Of a DNA stretch of 64,000 nt, positions 58,824 through 64,000 are shown in pieces; position 1 is the first letter of the stretch; the number at the start of each line of letters is the position of its first letter. Source of the stretch: Bacteroidota bacterium (GTDB lineage: Bacteria; Bacteroidota; Bacteroidia; NS11-12g; UBA955); contig VGGQ01000001.1 of assembly GCA_016868535.1 (NCBI GenBank), positions 16,567 to 80,566 on the forward strand. Reading direction: 5' to 3'. A program made the translations under genes and the position numbers. The notes beneath the pieces are model-generated. The model saw nothing but the letters and a program-made list of their open reading frames with translations. It searched no databases and had not been told where the DNA came from.

Positions 58824-59711
58824 TTAGCCTTCGAGTGCTGCAACTCCACCCACAATCTCGCTGATTTCGCGGGTAATAGCCGCCTGACGGGCCTGGTTGT
58901 AGGCCAAACGTAGGCTGAATAGCAGCTCACCTGCATTTTCAGTAGCTTTATCCATGGCCACCATGCGGGCCCCGTGTTCAGATGCCAGTGAGTCCAACAT
59001 AGCGCGGTATACCTGGGCCTTTACACTTCTGGGAATTAAATCTTGCAATATCTGAACCTTATTGGGCTCGAAAATATAGTCATTCAGGCGGCCAGATTTG
59101 GCTGTATCTGCTTTAATCTGGGGAATTACCGGAAGAATAACTTCGTTGGTCAGAATCTGTGTAGCCGCATTTTTAAACTGATTAAACACCAGCTCCACCT
59201 GACCGTATGGACCATTACAGAAACTTTGCAAAATGTGTTCGCCAATTTCAAAAGCCTTTTCTGCATCGAGTATAGTCAGTGCATGCATGTAGGTTGCATC
59301 TACATTATACTTGAGACGACGCAGGAATTCTCCACCTTTTTTCCCGATACACAACAGGGTAACATTACCGGCTCTGGTTTGCTGGGCATACTTTTCCGTA
59401 AGCATCAGACGGGTGCGCTTGATAACGTTGGAGTTGAAAGCACCGCAAAGTCCGCGGTCGCTGGTAATAACCACAATCAGCACCTTCTTCACTTCGCGTG
59501 CCTGAAAGTAAACAGCCAGCTGAGGATCGTCAATACTATCCTGCAGGTTGGACATAATACCTTTCAATTTTTCCGCGTATGGACGCATGCGTATGATTGC
59601 ATCGCTGGCCTTTCTCAGCTTGGTAGCGCTCACCAGCTTCATCGCCTTGGTGATTTGCTGCGTGCTGATAGTGGATGAAATCCGGCTGCGTATTTCTTTT
59701 TGACTCGGCAT
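58824..59711 (-). CDS. atpG: ATP synthase F1 gamma subunit
   Basis: QITKAMKLVS, SDRGLCGAFN, SEHGARMVAM, RQAAITREISEIV. Confidence 0.98.
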   Translation of the reverse strand: MPSQKEIRSRISSTISTQQITKAMKLVSATKLRKASDAIIRMRPYAEKLKGIMSNLQDSIDDPQLAVYFQAREVKKVLIVVITSDRGLCGAFNSNVIKRTRLMLTEKYAQQTRAGNVTLLCIGKKGGEFLRRLKYNVDATYMHALTILDAEKAFEIGEHILQSFCNGPYGQVELVFNQFKNAATQILTNEVILPVIPQIKADTAKSGRLNDYIFEPNKVQILQDLIPRSVKAQVYRAMLDSLASEHGARMVAMDKATENAGELLFSLRLAYNQARQAAITREISEIVGGVAALEG

Positions 59712-59728
59712 GAGTGCTTATGAGCAGT

Positions 59729-61309
59729 TTATTCGGTAAATCCTTTTGCTACTTCCTTGCCGGCTTCGCTGAGTAGAGTGGTGATAGAATCATCAATCTT
59801 GCCACCTCTGAGCTGTTCCAGGACATCAGCATATTTGTTTTCCAAATACTCGAGGTAAGCTGTTTCAAAAGCACGAACCTTGTTTACAGGAATGCTGCGC
59901 AACTGGTTGCTGGTACCCAGATATATGATGGCTATCTGCTTCTCTAGACTCACGGGGCTGAACTGATGCTGTTTCAGCAGTTCCACGTTGCGGGAACCTT
60001 TATCCAATACTGCTTTGGTAGCGGCATCAAGGTCAGAACCAAATTTGGCAAACGCTTCCAGTTCACGGTACTGGGCCTGGTCAAGTTTCAGGGTACCGGC
60101 TACCTTCTTCATGGATTTAATCTGGGCATTACCACCTACACGGCTTACCGAAATACCCACGTTGATGGCGGGACGTACCCCTGCGTTGAACAGGTTCGAC
60201 TCAAGAAATATCTGTCCATCGGTAATTGAAATCACATTTGTTGGGATATACGCCGAAACGTCACCTGCCTGTGTCTCAATGATGGGAAGAGCTGTAAGTG
60301 AACCACCACCTTTTACTATGTCTTGAAGGCTTGGAGGCAGGTCATTCATTTTCTCTGTAATTTCTGTGCTTGCATTCAGTTTGCACGCTCTTTCCAGAAG
60401 GCGGCTGTGCAGGTAGAATACGTCCCCGGGATAAGCTTCACGTCCGGGAGGGCGGCGCAGCAGCAGCGATACTTCGCGATAGGCAACAGCCTGCTTTGAA
60501 AGATCATCGTATACCACCAGTGCAGGCAATCCAAGGTCGCGGAAATATTCGCCGATGGCGGCGCCGGCCATAGGAGCAAAGAACTGAAGCGGCGCTGGAG
60601 AAGACGCGGGAGAAGAAACCACCACGGTATAAGGCATAGCACCATTTTCTTCAAGCGATTTCACCACCTGCTTCACTGTAGATTCTTTCTGACCACAGGC
60701 TACATAAATGCAATATACGGGCTGTCCTTTTTCGTAAAAATCTTTCTGATTGATAATGGTATCCAGTGCGATGGTAGTTTTACCTGTCTGGCGGTCACCG
60801 ATAATCAATTCGCGCTGTCCGCGGCCGATAGGAATCATGGCGTCAATCGCTTTAATACCGGTTTGCAGGGGTTCCTTAACGGGTTCGCGGAACAATACAC
60901 CGGGTGCTTTACGTTCAAGCGGCATTTCAAAGACATCACCTGAAATTGGGCCTTTTCCATCGATAGGCTCTCCCAAGGTATTTAAAACGCGACCCAGCAT
61001 GCCGTGTCCTACATTGATACTGGCAATTTTACCGGTGCGCTTTACTTTGTGGCCTTCCTTGATGTCGGTACTGCTACCCATCAATACGGCACCTACATTG
61101 TCTTCTTCAAGGTTCAATGCTACGGCGCGAATTCCATTGTCAAATTCAACGAGTTCACCGCTTTGCACACCAAAGAGTCCGAAAATACGGGCAATACCGT
61201 CTCCTACCTGGAGAACGGTACCTACTTCTTCTAAACTGACTGCACCGCTGAAACCGGAAATTTGTTCCTTGAGGATGCTGGATACTTCATCAGGTCTTAT
61301 TTGTGACAT
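59729..61309 (-). CDS. atpA: ATP synthase F1 alpha subunit
   Basis: [42 protein letters not shown]. Confidence 0.99.
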   Translation of the reverse strand: MSQIRPDEVSSILKEQISGFSGAVSLEEVGTVLQVGDGIARIFGLFGVQSGELVEFDNGIRAVALNLEEDNVGAVLMGSSTDIKEGHKVKRTGKIASINVGHGMLGRVLNTLGEPIDGKGPISGDVFEMPLERKAPGVLFREPVKEPLQTGIKAIDAMIPIGRGQRELIIGDRQTGKTTIALDTIINQKDFYEKGQPVYCIYVACGQKESTVKQVVKSLEENGAMPYTVVVSSPASSPAPLQFFAPMAGAAIGEYFRDLGLPALVVYDDLSKQAVAYREVSLLLRRPPGREAYPGDVFYLHSRLLERACKLNASTEITEKMNDLPPSLQDIVKGGGSLTALPIIETQAGDVSAYIPTNVISITDGQIFLESNLFNAGVRPAINVGISVSRVGGNAQIKSMKKVAGTLKLDQAQYRELEAFAKFGSDLDAATKAVLDKGSRNVELLKQHQFSPVSLEKQIAIIYLGTSNQLRSIPVNKVRAFETAYLEYLENKYADVLEQLRGGKIDDSITTLLSEAGKEVAKGFTE

Positions 61310-61318
61310 TATTTCTTT

Positions 61319-61849
61319 TTAAGCTAAGTTTAGTTCTTTTTTCATTTTGTTAATCTGACCGATAACAGAGCTGTCATACATTCTGCCATCAAAGAGGATG
61401 GTCAGTCCGCCAATGAGTGCGGAATTTACTTTTTGTGTAATAACTACTTGTTTGTTGCCGGCATTTTTCTTTACAAACTGCTCAATACCGGAAAGTGTAT
61501 CTTTATCCAGAGCTATAGCACTGGTAACTTCAGCCAGGGTAATACCATTGGCTTTGTTGTAAATATTGATGAATGATTGCGCCATTTCGCCCAATAAATT
61601 TTCACGGCTTTTGTCGGCCATCATATCGAAAACAGACAGGGTAATTTCATCGAATCCTTTGAATATCTGACGCAACACCTCTTTCTTTTTGCTTTTGTGA
61701 AGCAAAGGACTCTCCAGAAAAGATGTTAATTCGGGTGAAGCGGCAATTGCATCCAACAGATTACCAGCATCGCCAGCAACCGCATCGAGCTGCTTTTTTT
61801 CAGCGGCAATATCGAAAAGGCACTTGGCGTAACGGGATGCGATTTTCAT
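61319..61849 (-). CDS. atpH: ATP synthase F1 delta subunit
   Basis: ASRYAK, K.RE..L, VTSA..L, LIGG, D.SV; operon position. Confidence 0.95.
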   Translation of the reverse strand: MKIASRYAKCLFDIAAEKKQLDAVAGDAGNLLDAIAASPELTSFLESPLLHKSKKKEVLRQIFKGFDEITLSVFDMMADKSRENLLGEMAQSFINIYNKANGITLAEVTSAIALDKDTLSGIEQFVKKNAGNKQVVITQKVNSALIGGLTILFDGRMYDSSVIGQINKMKKELNLA

Positions 61850-61859
61850 GAAGTCTTAA

Positions 61860-62369
61860 TTATGCAGTTGCTTTTTGTCGCTTATCTAGTTTGCTGAGCT
61901 GATCAGCAATGAGTGCTTTCTGAGCATCATTGTTTTCCAGTTCTTTTTCTACCAGTTTCTGGGCTATTTGCAATGAGAACTGAGCTACTTCTTTTTTAAG
62001 CTCATCTAAAGCAGCATTCTTTTGGCGACTGATTTCGTCTTTGGCACGTGAAATAAGGCGCTTGGCTTCCTCATCGGCAGCATTTTTTGCCTCACTCACA
62101 ATTTTCCCTTTGATTTCACGCGCTTCTTTGAGAATGGTTTCTCTTTCGGCACGTGCTTCTGCCAGCAGATTTTCATTCTGCTGATTGAGTTTTTGCATTT
62201 CAGCGCGCGCATTGGCGGCTTCCTGAAGCGATTTTTCGATGGTTTCTTCCCTCTCCTTCATCGATGTGAGGATGGGTTTCCATGCATATTTTTTGAGGAT
62301 GAAAAGCAACAACGAGAACGTTACCAGCATCCAGAATACAAGGCCTATAGCGGGGGTTACTAACTCCAT
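61860..62369 (-). CDS. atpF: ATP synthase F0 subunit b
   Basis: MELVTP.IGLVFW, KYAWKPIL, coiled coil; ATG 62369. Confidence 0.96.
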   Translation of the reverse strand: MELVTPAIGLVFWMLVTFSLLLFILKKYAWKPILTSMKEREETIEKSLQEAANARAEMQKLNQQNENLLAEARAERETILKEAREIKGKIVSEAKNAADEEAKRLISRAKDEISRQKNAALDELKKEVAQFSLQIAQKLVEKELENNDAQKALIADQLSKLDKRQKATA

Positions 62370-62399
62370 GTTTTTTGATTTTCTTTCTTTTTGAAATAT

Positions 62400-62423
62400 G
62401 GTTGCCCGCCGCAGCGGGCAACC
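62400..62423. other. Perfect 10-bp stem-loop between atpE and atpF
   Basis: GGTTGCCCGC-CGCA-GCGGGCAACC. Confidence 0.85.
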
Positions 62424-62431
62424 GGTTAGGA

Positions 62432-62716
<285 letters not shown>

Positions 62717-62739
62717 TTATTGTTGTTTTATTAATGGTG

Positions 62740-63825
62740 TTATGCATGATGATGCTCTTCGATAGCCATACCTATATATATGGCAGTTAGCAGGGCAAAT
62801 ACGTAAGCTTGAAGGAAAGCAACCAGCAATTCGAGAAGGCTCATAAACAAGGTAAAGGCCACGGAAAGCGGACTAACCGCATAGCCCAGCCACGGATTCA
62901 TGGCACCGAATATAAATATGAGGCTAAAAAAAGCCAGGATAATAATATGACCTGCGGTTATGTTTGCAAACAAACGAAGCATCAAAACAAAAGGCCTCAG
63001 TATTACACCGAGAATCTCGATGGGGATAATAATAAGATACATGGCCTTGGGTACGTCGGGTAGAAAAATGTGTTTCCAGTAGTATTTATTTCCGATAAAA
63101 TTCACCGTAAGGAATACTACCAGAGCCAAAACCATTGTTATGGCAATATTACCTGTAACGTTTGCGCCTCCAGGGAAAATCGGAATAAGACCGAAAATGT
63201 TATTTACGAAAATAAAAAAGAAAATACTGAGGATGAGGGGCATGTAGCGCTCATACTTGGTACCGATAGACGATTTGGCTACGTCATCACGCAGAAATAA
63301 TATAAGTGGCTCAATAATATTAACAAATCCTTTGGGGGCTTGTCCATGGCGCCTGCTGTAAGTGCGGGCAACAGAAATCATAATGATGAGAAGCGTTATT
63401 ACAGCAATAAACATCGCCAGAACATTTTTGGTGATGCTTAGATCATAGATAGCTTCTGAATTGGATTCGTTTTCCCAGATTATTTGGTTATTTTCGTTGA
63501 GCCTAAAACCTTTGTAGGCATTGTGTCCATGGTTGAAGTGAGAACTGGAAAAAACAGACACCCCCTGACTTTTTGTGTAAACAATTACAGGCAAAGGAAT
63601 GGAGGTGTGCCCCCAAAGATGCCAGTCGTGCGAATCAGAAATATGCTCCATAATGAGCTTACCCGGATCGATTTTTTCCTCTGAATGCGTATTTTCATGA
63701 CCTTTTTCAAGAGCATGTTCAGTGTCTGAGGCAAAAAGACCAAACGTAAAAAACGCAAAAAATAAAGACAACACTAAAATTTTGGAAGATCTGTATCCGC
63801 TGAAAAGCGCCGAAAAATAGGGCAT
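62740..63825 (-). CDS. atpB: ATP synthase F0 subunit a
   Basis: HISDSHDWH, SITKNV, LRLFANITAGH, LQAYVFALL; ATG 63825 follows the upstream stop at 63830. Confidence 0.96.
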   Translation of the reverse strand: MPYFSALFSGYRSSKILVLSLFFAFFTFGLFASDTEHALEKGHENTHSEEKIDPGKLIMEHISDSHDWHLWGHTSIPLPVIVYTKSQGVSVFSSSHFNHGHNAYKGFRLNENNQIIWENESNSEAIYDLSITKNVLAMFIAVITLLIIMISVARTYSRRHGQAPKGFVNIIEPLILFLRDDVAKSSIGTKYERYMPLILSIFFFIFVNNIFGLIPIFPGGANVTGNIAITMVLALVVFLTVNFIGNKYYWKHIFLPDVPKAMYLIIIPIEILGVILRPFVLMLRLFANITAGHIIILAFFSLIFIFGAMNPWLGYAVSPLSVAFTLFMSLLELLVAFLQAYVFALLTAIYIGMAIEEHHHA

Positions 63826-63829
63826 TTGC

Positions 63830-64000
63830 TTATTTACACCGTCCATTGAAATCGGGGTGCAATTTACGACGAATTTGGGAAATTTCAAACACCATTAACA
63901 GGAAAAAACTACCTGTGTAAGAAATGATAAAGGGAAAATTGAGAGGGCGAAACGCAAACAAAGAAATTGCAAGAAAAAAAATAGCTGCCAACATTCTCAG
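63830..64000 (-). CDS. 3' end of a membrane protein upstream of atpB (AtpI-like), truncated by the window edge
   Basis: Open hydrophobic frame LRMLAAIFFL...FLLMVFEISQIRRKLHPD...* ending 4 nt before atpB. Confidence 0.65.
   Translation of the reverse strand: MRMLAAIFFLAISLFAFRPLNFPFIISYTGSFFLLMVFEISQIRRKLHPDFNGRCK

Noticed and set aside
59043..61322. Plus-strand ORFs of 190-211 aa
   Set aside because: Antisense shadows of atpG and atpA

Overview
This is a very gene-dense core-chromosome segment of a Bacteroidota bacterium. The assignment rests on repeated TAnnTTTG -7 promoter elements, gldB, a T9SS C-terminal-domain protein, a ccmCDEF cluster with Cys-type CcmE, and an atpBEFHAG operon lacking atpDC. 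There are about 60 mostly housekeeping or envelope genes: dnaX, dnaG, dapD, purC, phoH, nadE, rel, the ATP synthase operon, two two-component systems, peptidases, a putative heavy-metal uptake trio and several outer-membrane barrels. I found no rRNA, tRNA, CRISPR array, prophage or IS element, and I cannot support a clear new multi-gene system. The strongest non-obvious signals are: (1) dnaX is split at an A10 run, so full-length tau needs a -1 recoding event; (2) an orphan DUF4160-like toxin homologue has lost its His motif but keeps its own promoter; (3) a secreted GH73-like protein sits behind a sigma54-like promoter with a palindromic upstream site; (4) two decayed genes that the ORF track misses or fragments; (5) several probably leaderless transcripts and face-to-face promoters; (6) CcmC carries an extra domain of about 115 aa. 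All family assignments come from motif recognition by eye, not database searches.
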